This document shows positions 26,105 to 39,067 of a stretch of DNA of 64,000 bases, piece by piece. Numbering within the stretch: the first letter of the stretch is position 1; the number at the start of each line of letters is the position of its first letter. The DNA comes from Chiloscyllium plagiosum (lineage: Eukaryota), in contig NC_057727.1 of NCBI RefSeq assembly GCF_004010195.1, positions 17,437,306 through 17,501,305 of the forward strand, given 5' to 3'. Made by a program: the position numbers and the translations under genes. Below the pieces are notes generated by a model. That model worked only from the letters and a program-made list of their open reading frames with translations. It had not been told where the DNA came from and searched no databases.

Positions 26105-27095
26105 GCACTACATTGGTGTGTCGCAAGGATCTGTTTTTCTGCCACTGCTGTTTGTCATGTTTATAAATGATCTGGATGTGGGTGCAGAGGGATGGGTTAG
26201 TAAAATTTGTGGATAACACTAAATAGGCAGAGTTGTTGATAGTGCCGAAGGATGTTGTGGGTTACAGAGGGACCTAGATAAGATGCAGAGCTCGGCTGAG
26301 AAGTGGCAAATGGAGCTTAATGTGGAAAAGTGTGAGGTTGTTCACTTTGGAAGAAGGAACAGGAATGCAGAGTACTGGGCTAATGGTAAAATTCTTAGCA
26401 GCATAGAGGAACAGAGAGACCTCGGTGTCTAGGTTCATAAATCCCTATAAGTTGCCACCCAGGTTGATAGGGTTGTTAAGAAGGCATATGGTGTTTTGCA
26501 TTTATTGGTAGGGAGATTGAGTTTCAGAGCCACAAGGCCATCCTTCAGCTGTACAAGAAACTGGTAAGGCTGCACCTGGAGTATTGTGTGCAGTTCTGGT
26601 CACCGCATTATAGGAAGGATGTGGAAGCTCTGAAAAGGGTTCAGAGGAGATTTACTAGGATGTTGCCTGGTATGAAGGTCTTATAAGGAAAGGCTGAGGG
26701 AACTGAGGCTGTTTTTGTTGGAGATAAGAAGATTGAGAGGTGACTTAATTGAGACATATAAGATAATCAGAGGGTGGATAGGTGGACAGTGAGAGCCTTT
26801 TTCCTCTGATGGTGAAGGCTAACACGAGGGGACATAGCTTTAAATTGTGGGTGGTGATAGATTTAGGACAGATATCATGGGTAGTTTCCTTACTCAGAGA
26901 GTAGTAGGGGTGTGGAATGGCCTGCCTGCAACTGTAGTAGGCTTGCTGACGTTAAGAGCATTTAAGTGGGCATTGGACATACATATGGATAATAGTGGAA
27001 TGGTGTAGGTTAGATGGGTATCAGATTAGTTTCACAGATTGGTGCAATATTGAGGGCCACAGGGACTGTACTGCGCTGTAACGTTCTATCTTCTA
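26105..27095 (+). mobile_element. CR1 3' part nested in the Gypsy element
   Basis: GVSQGSV..PLLFVMFINDLD, WAEKWQM and LVRLHLEYCVQFW motifs; tail tgtactgcgctgtaacgttctat. Confidence 0.9.
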
Positions 27096-27511
27096 TGAAG
27101 CATGGTCAACACAAGGTCAGGTCCATGATATAAAAGTTCAGGTAGGTGAGGCAGTCCTGAACAAGCATGTGGACCACATGAAACTGCAAACTCGCAAATA
27201 GGGCAGCAGTAAAATATACCCAGCCCCTCAGAACACCCGGAAAGGCTGTCAGAACCCATAGGTTCTTCCCATCTGAAGAAGAAACCTCAGATTCTGAGGT
27301 GGACCCAATAGATGTTGCAGCTTCGATGGCTTTACCGCCTGAGGAAGATGAATTTCTTCCAAGACAACCTTCCAAGAAGCAAGCTATAGTCCAGTACACA
27401 CCACACGTATCCAAGGCTGAATTGGAGGAACAAAACCTGGTGTGAAAATGCTTTAGGAGAGGCTATTAGAAAAAGAACCAGCCTGTGTTCCCAGACTTTG
27501 AAGGGGAGGGA

Positions 27512-27739
27512 TGTCGTGATTGTAACAAGGTTCTGCCAAATGGAACTCACAGAATATGAGTTCCCTGATTGGGGCTGTTAATCTGGTCCAATCTGGGAGC
27601 CTAGGTCGACAGACACAAACAGAAGTTCTATTCACTCCGAGGTCTGGCTCTGAGGAAGCCAGACCAGCGTCAAGTACTATGCACGTGTAAATAAAGGGTG
27701 ACGTGGTGATGGGACACAGGCCTCTGTGGAGTTATTTCA
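27512..27739 (+). repeat. 3' LTR
   Basis: TG...CA termini, preceded by a polypurine tract, contains aataaa. Confidence 0.85.
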
Positions 27740-28070
27740 ATGAGATAGGTGGATTCCATAATCCTCCAAGAGTGAAAGCTCATTTCGGACACAAAGTTTG
27801 CAAAACAGACTGGCAACATTTAAGATAGAGCACACATTCACTATTGAGTTGTCGGCTCTACCCCATCCTTGGAAATGGTCTTGTAGCCAACACATAGCCT
27901 TTAGGGAAGTGAAGAAGCAGCTGTCATCAGATAGGTGGATTCCCTCATAATCCGAGATTGAAAGCTCATTTTGGACACCAAGGTTGCAAGTAGACTGGTT
28001 ACATTTAAGATAGTAGATAGGCAGGAGGCTGAAAGAACACAGCAACCCAAGCAGCATCAGGAGGTGGAGA

Positions 28071-28105
28071 AGTTGACGTTTCGGGTGTACCCCTTCTTCA
28101 GGACT
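28071..28105 (-). ncRNA. Hammerhead ribozyme motif in a Penelope-derived short repeat (about 28012-28107)
   Basis: Minus strand agtc-CTGAAGA-a-GGGgtacaCCC-GAAA-CGTC-aact; first stem I pair mismatched. Confidence 0.7.
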
Positions 28106-28339
28106 GGCCCTGAACTGCAACGAACGCGCACACACAGCCAGACAGACACAGTGGGTGCTATTGAGATATTTTTGTTGTCAAATGCACGCTCACCCAACAC
28201 AGCAACCGTTGCTTCTGTCATTACCCCTCGCTGTTTGTGTGTGTTTGCGCCCCCTCCACTCTGCTACTCACTCTTCCTGATGCAGGTTCACTGTCAGCTC
28301 TTGCCTTGTCTCACTGCTTTGATCCTTGCAGCTTTACCT

Positions 28340-28445
28340 GGGCTCCTCTGACCGTCCCGCAGCCTGCAGCCTACTGCGCAGGCGCCAAAGCCGTCTGTTT
28401 ACAGTTGCCATGGTGACGGTTGCCCGGGACGTCAGCCGCCATGTT
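28340..28445 (-). promoter_or_regulatory. Putative TTLL3 promoter (small CpG island) with RFX X-boxes, NRF1 and CRE-like sites
   Basis: GTTGCCATGGTGAC at 28404-28417, GTTGCCCGGGAC at 28419-28430, TGCGCAGGCGC at 28375-28385 and GACGTCA at 28428-28434. Candidate minus-strand donors downstream (cag|gtaaag about 28337, aga|gtgagt about 28271). Confidence 0.7.
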
Positions 28446-28971
28446 TGTTCAGGTTGTTGAAGATCATCATCGGGAGAGCATCATCAGTCAGGAGCCAATT
28501 CATTGTTTACGTCAAGTACCTGTTTACCTTTCATCCTTTGGTCATGGTTTTATATGTTAGGGGGTATGTGTCCATGTTTAAGTGTTTATTGCCCAAGGTG
28601 TTTAAGAATCGAGCAGGTGTGACCAACACCTTTCGCACAGATTTGGCGCCTGACAGGCCTTCGCTGATGATAAAGAGAGCCCCCTCCTCCCATTCCCTCC
28701 CGTCTACTCGTAGAGGAGTGGTTGCCATTCTTCCACAATCAAAAGACGACGTTGGCAGGGAAACCGATCTCACAATTGCACTGCTCCCCTCCAGGCCGGG
28801 CCTGGCAATGTTATTCTCGCAAACAAAAATCAGGTTGCTCAATACTCGTTGTTCACTGAAACACCATTGGAAAATACTGCTACTATTACTTGTCTTACTC
28901 ATAATCTGGGGGAGCTTCAAGTGACGACTTCAGGTGTTGGCTGATTGGAACTATGCACATTACACCTCCTT

Positions 28972-29275
28972 GGGATTCTTGTGGTGCAGTGGTAGTGTCC
29001 ATAACTCTAAGCCAGGAGATCTATGTTGACGGAGAAAGTGAGGTCTGCAGATGCTGGAGATCAGAGCTGGAAATGTGTTGCTGGAAAAGCGCAGCAGGTC
29101 AGGCAGCATCCAGGGAACAGGAGAATCGACGTTTCGGGCATAAGCCCGAAGAAGGGCTTATGCTCGAAAAGTCGATTCTCCTGTTCCCTGGATGCTGCCT
29201 GATCTATGTTGACGCCCCACTTGCTTCTGAGGTGTGCAATTACATGTCTGAACAGGTTGATTAGGAGAATATTTA
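28972..29275 (+). mobile_element. tRNA-derived SINE head, interrupted by the palindromic insertion
   Basis: ttgtggtgcagtggtagtgtcc A-box-like start; a related copy lies at about 37139-37230. Confidence 0.55.
29031..29200. mobile_element. Palindromic Penelope-terminus-derived insertion with 13-bp TSD
   Basis: TSD gatctatgttgac at 29018-29030 and 29201-29213; two inverted copies fused at their hammerhead cores. Confidence 0.9.
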
Positions 29276-29302
29276 ACTTATTCCTCCTTTATTGGTCATC
29301 AT

Positions 29303-29735
29303 ATGAGCTATAGGGAGAGGCTGGCTAGGCTGGGACTTTTCGACCTGGAACATCGGAAGCCGAGGGGTAACCTTATAGAGGTTTATAAAATCATGAGGGG
29401 CATAGATTGAGTAAATAGATAAGGTATTTTCCCTGGGGTGGGGGAGTCCAGGACTGGAGGGTATAAGTTTAGGGTGACAGGGAAAACATATTATAAGTGA
29501 CCTAAGGAGTAACTTTTTCACACAGAGGGTGATATGTGTATAGAATAGGTTGCCAAAGGAGGCGGTGAGGGCTGGTACAATGACAGCATTTAATAGGCAG
29601 CTGGATGGGTATATGAATAGAAAAGCTTTAGAGGGATATAGACTAAGTGCTGGCAAATGGGACTCGGATATCTGGTCAGCATGGACAAGTTGGATCGAAG
29701 AGTCTGTTTCCGTGCTGTATATCTGTATGACTCTG
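29303..29735 (+). mobile_element. CR1 3' end
   Basis: SYRERL.RLGLF, NFFTQRV motifs and the tail tctgtttccgtgctgtatatctgtatgactct. Confidence 0.85.
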
Positions 29736-30489
29736 CATGAGGGCAAGCGTTCATGAACAAGGCTGCATTGAGGATGAAAGTGGACTACACAAAAAATACA
29801 ATGGAAGATTATTGGTTTCACTATTGCCAGGATACAGTAGTGACAGCAAACAAATGGGAATGTAAAACAAAGCAAGCAGATTGGCCTATGTTCTTGTAAG
29901 TGGCATTAGATTCCTGCAGGAACATGTAAAAATTTAGATTCACACAACTGCTATTAAATGAGGAAGCAATGTAAATTACATAGATACCTTACCAGGTTTG
30001 TGTATCTGCTGATTGGCAAATGTTGTTTGATATCACTCAGTACTGTAACCAAATATATAAAATATTTTGGGGAGAAGAGTCAGAACATTTATTCATGCAG
30101 TGAATTGTCATGGTCTGGAATGCACAATCTGAAAAGGTAGTGGGCGCACATTGGAACAATAATTTTAAGACGAATTGTGTAAGCACTTGAAAAGTGGAAA
30201 TTCTGCAGGGCTATTGCCAATAAACAAGCACATGGAATGAATTTGATACCTCTTTCAAGACATGACACAAGCACAATGGATTGAATCCTTTCATGCTTTG
30301 TAGATCCATCTTTACAGAAATACTCGCATTAATTTATAACTTATCTCAGAAATATTCCAAATGTGCCTGAACTGATGAACTGCTTTATTTTATAATTAAC
30401 AAGTGTAGCTGTTTTCTACATGTCAAGATCCCAAAATCATCAGTGCAGTACCACTTACATATATATCAGTGCAATACAACTCACTCAAT

Positions 30490-30580
30490 GGATCTGGGTG
30501 GGTTACTTTTCGGAGGGTCGGTGTGGACTGGTTGGGCCGAAGGGCCTGTTTCCACACTGTAGGGAATCAAACCTAATCTA
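30490..30580 (+). mobile_element. HE1 SINE 3' tail fragment
   Basis: Matches 3115-3200 (cggagggtcggtgtggact..gggccgaagg.cctgtttcc.cactgta). Confidence 0.8.
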
Positions 30581-31555
30581 ACTGTTCACAATCTATATAA
30601 ATGATCTGCAAGCAGGCACAGAGTGTAACGTAGCAAAATTCGCAGATGACACTAAAATAGTGGGAAAGCAGGCTGAGACGAAGAGATAAAGAGTTTAGAA
30701 GATGGATATTGATAGGTTAGGAGAACAGGCCAGAGTCAGGCAAATGGAGTTAAAAGTGCATAAGTATGTGGTTATCCATTTTGGCCAGAAAAATAAAAAA
30801 GGCAAGTTATTTTCTAAATGGGAAGCAAATACAAAGTGCATCAGTGCAGACGGATCTGCTCGTCTTTATGCATGAATTGCAGAAAGTGGGTATGCAGATG
30901 CAGCATGTAATAAGGAAGGCAGTTAGAATCCTAGCATTTATTGCAAAAGGACTGGATTATAAAAGTAGAGTTGTTACAATTACATAAGGTGTTGGTGTGA
31001 CCACATCTGGAGTATTGTGTCCTGTTTTGATCTCCTCACTTGAGATTGGATGTGGTGGCATTGTAGACAGTTCACAGGAGGTTCACCAAATTGATTCCAG
31101 GGATGTAAGGGTTGTTGTACGATGAGTAGTTAAACAGCTTGGGCTTGTACTTGCGGAATTCATTAGAATGAGGAGCTATCTGATTGAGGTATATAAAATG
31201 TTAAAGGGGATTGATAAGATGGACATTGAATGGATGTTCCCCCTTATGGGATAGTCTCGAACAAGATATAGAGTGAGAGGAGGTAGGTTCAAAACTAAAA
31301 TTAGGAGAAATTACTTCTGTCAGAGGGTTGTGAATCTGTGGAACTCACTGCCATATAGTGTAGTGGAGGCAGAGTTAAAGCAGGTTCTAAAAATGAATTT
31401 TTGATGAAAAGCAGGATAAAGAGCTATGGGGACTGGCAGGAGACTGGAGTTGAGACCAGGATAAGGTCAGCCATGATCATGTTAAATGGCAGGGTGGGCT
31501 CAAAGAGCTGAATTGGCTGCTCTTGCTTCTAATTCTTAAGTTCCTATGTTCCTAT
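30581..31555 (+). mobile_element. CR1 3' part
   Basis: LFTIYINDL, KFADDTK and PHLEYCV motifs; (ttcctatg)n tail. Confidence 0.85.
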
Positions 31556-32579
31556 ATGAATGGTATTTTTGATGAAATAAAATGTCCATTGAGCCACATG
31601 AGAAGATTTTAAGGAAGACGATCAAAGGGTTTGTCAAAAAAACAAGTTTTCTCGAGGTTTTTAGTAATGAATAGTGAGATTGAGAGGTTTAACGAAATAA
31701 TTTAATAGCGGCCCAGACTGTTGAATGCATGGCCACTAATACTGGAGTGATTTAAACTCAGAGAGCTGAAAAGTGTAGAATTGGAAGAGCTTAGATATCT
31801 TTGGGGGTGGATTGGGGATTGGAGGAGATTACAAGAATAACAAGAATTAACTTTATTGTCACATGTACTCACTTTAGTACCGTGAAAAGTTTACAAGTCC
31901 CCACTTAAGGTACCAAGGTATTTATGTGCAGATTCTTGAGTACAAATTCTTAGGGGAAAAAAAAGTTTAAAACATTCACCAATAAATTAGAAAAATGGAG
32001 AAATAAGACTTCAGAATAACAGTCCTCCCAACCTAGATTGCGCTGGCCTTCACCATGAGGCTGAGTCAAGTCCATGCTGAAGCCAGGAGTTCAAGTCCAT
32101 GCTGGCTTTCACCCAGACATTGCAGATGCTGCCCAAGGATGGTAGGTAAAAAGAGAAAGAAATCTGAAAGAGAGAAAAAAAAGAGCTCTGCTGCCATTTG
32201 GAGATGGAGTGGCCATGGCAATGAGAACTTTCAATTTGAGGCTTTGCTTAATCTGGAATCAACGTAGGTCAGTAAATAGTGAAATAATGAGTGAACAGGA
32301 TTTAATGAGAGTTATGGTGAGTTCTGGGCAACATTAAGAACTGTCCACGTGTGTAATTTAATAGTTATGTCCATTTGTTACAATTAAATGTAAGGGGTTC
32401 CAACAGCAGATAAGCTGAGACAGGAAGATTTGGGCAACATTACAGAAGTGGAAATATTATTCTTGGTGATTACAGAGCCATTTTTAAAAAAGTCTCATCT
32501 TGAGATCAAATAAGAACAGAGAGATTGTAAACTGTCTGGCTTAATCTCAGACAATTGCACAGGAAGGGATTGGATAGGA

Positions 32580-33222
32580 AGGGATTGGTATGCTTTCCTG
32601 TATTGGTTACAGCATTGAGTATAGGAGTTGAAAGGTCATGTTGTGGCTGTACAGGACACCGGTTAGGCCACTTTTGGAATATTGCGTGCAATTCTGGTCT
32701 CCTGCCTATTGGAAGGATATTGTGAAACTTGAAAGGGCTCAGAAAAAATGTATAAGGATGGTGCCAGGGGTGGAGCATTTGAGCTATAGGGAGAGGCTGA
32801 ATAGGCTGGGGCTGTTTTCCCTGGAGTGTTGGATGCTGAGGGGTGACCTTATAGAGATTTATAAAATCATGTGGGACATGGACAGGATAAATAGACAAGC
32901 TCTTTTCCTTGGAGTGGGGGAGTCCAGACTAGAGTGCATAAGTTTAGGGTGAGAGGGGAAAGATATGAAAGAGACCTAAGGAGCAACTTTTTCACACAGA
33001 GGGTGAAACGTGAATGGAATAAGCTGCCAAAGGAAGTGGTGAAGGCTGGTACAATTACAGCACTTAAAAGGCATCTGGATGGATATACAAAAAGGAATTG
33101 TTTAGAGGGATATGGGCCAAGTGCCGGCAAATGCGACTAGATTAGATTAGCATATCTTGTCGGCATGAATGAGTTGGACTGAAGGGTCTGTTTCCGTGCT
33201 ATATATCGCTATGACTCCATGA
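32580..33222 (+). mobile_element. CR1 3' end
   Basis: VRPLLEYCVQFWSP..RLGLFSLE ORF and tail. Confidence 0.9.
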
Positions 33223-33249
33223 CTCAGAAGCTAAGGAGTGGAATTTGTC

Positions 33250-34300
33250 ACAATGCCTTCTTGAATACTTCAGTTGGAAGAAATGGTGTTTCATCAAGTA
33301 TTGGCTATCAGACAGGGAATTGGCAAGTTAGAAACAGTATAAGAATTAAGAATTGGCAGAGAGGTGGAACTAGGCATCATTCACGTGTGGAAACTGATAT
33401 TGTTTTACAAGACACTGCCAAGCGAAATAATATAAGTGTGAATAGAGGTTGGTGGAAGCACAAGATAGAACAGTGCAGTTATGAGAAATCATGCTACTGG
33501 GGGTGAATCTTTGGTTACAGTTAAATATGTTGGAACCAAATAGAATGTGTACCAGTTGGATGTCAGTGGAGAGGCATTGGAGAAATGGTATGGTCAACCA
33601 TGTAAAATGTTGCAGACAAATCAAGAAGTACAAGGAAGGATTGTTTATATTGTTAGAGGCATGTAAATATAATCTGTGCTTTAAAAAGGGCACTTTAGTA
33701 CTCTGAGTCAAAATTCTGATTGTAGTTTTGAGAATGTGTAAGGACTTGGGAGCTGAATGGTTTATTCAAGTATTTAAAAGGAAATGGGACAATAGCTTGG
33801 CAGGATGGATGATTCAAGGATTTTTCTTTAATCAAATGAGTGGTATCATCAATTTGATTGACATGGGGGTACAATGCCTGAGGAGACAGAATTGTCAACT
33901 TCAGCTAGTGAAAGCAAGAAAAGGAGTTGAGCGGCCAGTAGTTTAGTGTTGATAGGGTTGAGTGAACAGGCAATTGGTCTCATGAACAAATCCAGCTCAA
34001 ACCTCAGAACGCATGAGAGAAGATCGGAGAGAAACTAAAGGAAGATACATGGTCACGGATACAAAAGGTACAACCTTAAAGAAACCTTGGCCCTGTAGGC
34101 TAGTGCAAAGAAGGGATGAGGCTGCTGATCACATTGTCTCAATCTTATTAGCAAAGCGGTACATGATTTCCTAATACTATTGAAGTTGAATATGGAAGAG
34201 ATAGGAATGAGGGAGTTTAAGAAGATACTTTGTGTTAAGAGTAAAGCCAGAAATTATCTTTGCCATTCAAAATGATCTTGCCCAGTGAGTAATTTGGCAG
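33250..34300 (-). mobile_element. Decayed L2-like LINE
   Basis: Minus strand at about 33585-33638 reads LVLLDLSATFYMVDHTI (L2 consensus LLDLSAAFDTVDH); boundaries approximate. Confidence 0.55.
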
Positions 34301-34819
34301 GATACCAGGATCCGATAGTATTTTGCATGGTACAGACAGATCTGGTGTTCAAATACTAATGTGTGCAGCAACTACATCAATATAAATCCATAGCACATAA
34401 AAGGAGTGTGATAAGAGTTGTACCAGGAGATTGGCCATTATTGTATTGGAATTAGGCCATCCAATAAGGCAATTGTAGTTTTATTTCAGAAGAACTTTAA
34501 CAAGTTGTTGAATTACACTTGTTGAATATTCCCTCATCAACTTATTCTAATCTTTCAAAGTAGAATACTTCCCTTATGTTCTGTCCTTAAGTGCACTGTA
34601 CTGTGAGATACTGACTTATTAATTATTTCATGGGATAAAGGCATCATCAACGAGACGAGCATTTATAATTTCCCTGGAGGAGATAGTGCTGAACTATGTT
34701 CTTAAACTGAAGTCCTTGTCATGCAGGGATAGCCACAATGCTGTGAAAAAGGACTTTGACCCAACAACAGTGAAGGAATAGCAATGTAGTCTCGTCAGGA
34801 TGATCGTGTGACTTGGAGA

Positions 34820-36565
34820 ATATAAGGAATCCAAGTATCACCTGCGCAGAGCCATTAAGACAGCCAAGGACCAATACCGATCCAAACTAGAAACTCAGAT
34901 AGACCCCTGGCGACTATGACAAGGACTGAATGACATCACAGATTCTAAAAAGAGACAGTGCAAGGTCGCAGACGATGATACATCCTTCCCAGATCATCTC
35001 AATGCCTTCAATGCTCGCTTTGAGCAGAAGTTTGGCAGAGAGGTAACACCTATTTTGACAAGTCCTGACAAACCTATCACAACACTCACTGCATCAGAGG
35101 TCAGATCAATTTTCCTTCGTGTGAATCCAAGTGATGGGACCAGACAGAGTACCAGGTCATGCATTCAGAGCATGTGCAGATCAACTGGCAGAGGTCTTCT
35201 CAGACATCTTCAACCTCTCCCTGCAGTAGGCCATTATCCCTGCCTGTTTCAAGAGGGTCAACATCATTCCTGTGCCAAAGGCAGCTTATGTAGCATGTCT
35301 CGGTGACTACCGCCCAGTGGCCTTAACCATGGTGGTCACGAAGTGCTTTGAAAGGCTGGTCATGGCATTAATCAACTCCAGCCTCCCCACTACTCTTGAC
35401 CCACTCCAATTTGCCTGCCAGACCAACAGATCCACGTCAGATGCCATATCACTTGCCCTTCATTCCTCCTCAGAACATCTTGATACCAAGAACAGCTACA
35501 TAAGAATCCTACCCATTGAAGGCTGAACTGTAGTCCCCTCGAGACTGATTACTAAACTTAGTGACCTTGGACTAAGCCCCACTCTCTGCAACTGGATCCT
35601 CAGTTTCCTGACCCACAGGCCACAATCAGTGAAGATTGGGAACAATATTTTATCCTCCCTAACAATCAACACTGAAACCCCCCCAGGAGTGCGTACTCGG
35701 CCCCCTATTCACTGTATACTCATGACTGCGTCACCAAATACCATTTACAAGTTCGCTGATGGCACCACCATAGTCAAATCAAATCTCAGATGGCGATGAA
35801 ACAGACTACAGACGGGAGGCGGAAGATGTGGAAAAATGGTGTAGAGAACAACCTAGCTCTCAATGCCAGCCAAACCAAGGAACTCATTATTGACTTTCAG
35901 AGGGATGTTACTCATGCCCCCTAACATTAACACCACAGAGGTGGAATGAGTGGAGAGTGTCAAGTTCCTGGGAGTGGTCATCTACAACAAGCTTTCTTGG
36001 ACTCATGTGGACACACTGGTTACAAAGGCCCAACATCTCTTCTTCCTCAGGCAGCCAAGGAAATTTGGCATGATGGCAAATACCCTTGCCAACTTTTATA
36101 GGTGCACTATTGAGAGCATTGGCTGGACATATCACTACCTGGTACGGCAACTGTACCATTCAAATTCAGAGACGGTTACAGAGAGTGGTGAATTCTGCCT
36201 GGACATTCACAAAGGCCAACCTCCCATCTATAGAATCCATCTACCAGCCCTGCTGTCAAGGAAAGGCTGCCAGCATTCTCAAAGATTCATCCTAGCCTGG
36301 CAATGTTTTTCTGCAACCTCTACCATCGGTGAGAAGGTATAGAAGCCTGAATACACGCAGCAGCCAGTTTTGAAACAGTTTCTATCCTCCTGTTAGAATA
36401 CTGAATGGACTCTCAAAGATTCGTCTGTACCTGTGGTTTTGGTTTTGCCGTTGTTTACCTATTATTTATTTATCTATGATAATTAACTTTGTCTTGTGAG
36501 CAATACAGGCAGATCAAAGCTTTTCATTGTGCCCAGTACACATGACAATAAATTCAATTCAATTC
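34820..36565 (+). mobile_element. Rex1/Babar-like LINE, 5'-truncated
   Basis: DYRPVALTMVVTKCFERLV, LDPLQFA.Q.NRST.DAI, ESVKFLGV and NFYRCTIESI motifs; tail gacaataaa(ttcaa)n. Inserted into an older minus-strand repeat (about 34625-36960). Confidence 0.85.
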
Positions 36566-38689
36566 GAGAAGAGCTTCCAGGGTGTGATGGTAGTGCTTTT
36601 GTGCATCTGCTGCTCTGTACTTCTGGTGGTACATGTCACAGGTTTGGAAAGTACTGTTGAAGATTTACTAAGCACTGTAGTGCATGTTGATGATAAGGTC
36701 CTGCTGCCACTTTCAACATTCACTACTGATGCAAAGAGGCAAATGGAGTTCAGTCAAGTGCACCATTTGGATCTTGATGTTAAGCTTCTTGCATATTGTT
36801 AGAGCTACACCCATCCAGGTTAGTGAAGAGTACTCCATTGTGTTCCTCACCTGTGCCAGATAGATTGGTGAACAGGCATGAGGAACAGAGGGAGAGAGTT
36901 ACTGATTATAGAATCCCATGTTTCTGACTTGCTTCACAGAGTCACAGTATTTATATGGTCAGTTCAGTTTTACACATGGTTCTAGATCAGTGTCAATGAT
37001 ACCATGAGAATGTAGTCTAATTTGCATCTTTGATATACATACACACTTCCAGCATGGGTCAGTGAAATAGCGCAAACCCCTAACTTCATCCTTCCTAACT
37101 CATGAGGTCACTTTAATACCTATATACCATTTGTGAAGAGAATCTTGTGGCATAATGGTAGTGTGGATAGAGGTCCGGGCTCAAATACCATCTGCTCTAG
37201 AGTTTTAGCAACACTTCTGCAGACTAATTAAAATCTGTGGCCAAGACTTGTTTACCTGTGCAATTAATTTATTTAAAATTAAAAGCTTACATGTGATTTT
37301 TACCTGATATGAAACTTGGTGTGCAGGAATGATTAGATTCAATACTGCAATTTTACAAATAAGTTAATTGCAAACCACTTGGCACAGATACCACCTTGTT
37401 ACAGCCTGATCTATTCCAGTACTTACTGCAACTGTTTGCTCATATTCAATTTTTCTTCTTGTACTGCCTTGTCTTATCTTTTAATATACACTAGTTCATT
37501 ACTGGTGAGCTAGCAATTACCAAAAATTAGTCAATGATCAGTGAAGAAAAACTGGAGGACTTCAATCTTTGTTAGATGATTAATTGCTGCACAAATACAG
37601 TTTATAGGAAATCAAAGGAAATAATTGAAAGGCTTCAAAGCTAATCTGATTTAACAAAATATTCAAAAATATTATTTCAATTTTAAATGAAACTCAACAG
37701 CATAGTTACGACTAGTAAAAGGACATAAGACTCAAAACAGCCTTATTCCAAAATGAACACTTTTGGGGTTGAAAAAAAAAATGGACAATTGACCAAGTGA
37801 CAAAAAAAAACGTGCTATTCAAAAGCTAAATGCTAAACAGACAAAAGTGGGCAAAACTGTACTCCAGGAATTAGTGCTGGGTCCACCGCTGTTCACAATT
37901 TATGATAACTTGCATTTGTAAAGCTCCTTTTGGAAAAATATCCCAAAGCATATTACAGAAGCAACAAACAAAACTAATGAAATCATCAAAATTCATGCAA
38001 GGTTGAGGATTTAAAGTTGCATGGTAAACAAATCTATTTAAAGCAAAGAAATACGAAGTCAAAACAATCCACAGGAGATGACAACTAGGCAGATGAAATG
38101 CAAAAAGTTTTTAATATTGAAAAGCATAAGGCATTACATATTAGTGGCATTACAGCAATAAGATTAACATATGTAGGTTTAATTATTCCCATTCAATTTT
38201 TTAAACAACTCAGTTGAAACAGGGAACTTACCAAGTATACGGGATAGCCTCCAACCTACTTAAATGTGCTGCCCTAGTACATTTGTATTTTTAAAAGCAC
38301 CCTGTTGACCAATGTAAAGAGCAGTAGTACAGATGGCAATGTGACCATTCAATGCCAGAGTTCAGTCCTGGATCAATATAAGTTTGAAATGCCTTTTCAC
38401 AATTACAATGAAACCTGTGCCAGTGACTGTCCATCAACTGCTGCAATAAAAAGTCACAGAAGCAACAAAACCTCTATCCATTTATGTTATAACAAAATCC
38501 ATAATGTGATCCCAAAGTTACAATAATTTTAGTTCAATTAAAAACATTAGTATACAATTAATGGAATAAAAACAGAATGCAAGACTAAGAATGTGGACTT
38601 TCCTGCCTAATTGACATACAATGGAAGCATACAAATGAATTATTTCAGCACTATTGTTTTAAACTAGAGAATAATTAGGGACAGATAGC

Positions 38690-38910
38690 AAGCACCAGTA
38701 GAGTCCAGAAAAACACTGGAAACACTTGGCTGGTCAATCTACGTGGAGAAGGTAAGGTAAATGTTTTAGGTCTGATCAGTTGTTAGTTTTGTCATTATCC
38801 AGATCGGTTAATCTCATTTCTCTTCCTACAGATACTGCCTGACTGGCTGAGTGTTTCCAGCACTCGCTACTTCAGATTTCCAGCATCTGCAATATTTTGC
38901 TTTTTGTTTC
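38690..38910. repeat. Old inverted pair of Penelope-terminus-derived repeats
   Basis: ctggaaacactt.gctggtca on the left versus tgactggctgagtgtttccag..gatttccagcatctgca on the right. Confidence 0.55.
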
Positions 38911-39067
38911 ACGCTTTCCAGTATTAAAAGGGATTCTGGATGGTCATTGACAGGGTTTATTGCATCTATTTACTGCCTTAAACCTATAAGTGTACCGTCA
39001 TTTTAAAGATGTGGATTAAGGAGTAAAGTCAGAGAGGCTTTGACACAAACTACGAATGAAATTTTGT

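Larger units (their letters stand above)
23611..27739 (+). mobile_element. Gypsy LTR retrotransposon, internally deleted and decayed
   Basis: Two related LTRs; PBS-like gtggcaatgag at 23835; gag start LFGKLDSFNP..WAQY; protease MEVDT; RT FTKLDMSNAYLQLQ, YATINT.KGLYQY, LPFGVS; polypurine tract gaaggggaggga before the 3' LTR. Confidence 0.9.

Noticed and set aside
28445-28924. 159-aa (+) and 129-aa (-) ORFs beside the TTLL3 promoter
   Set aside because: No recognisable homology; consistent with chance ORFs in GC-richer DNA.
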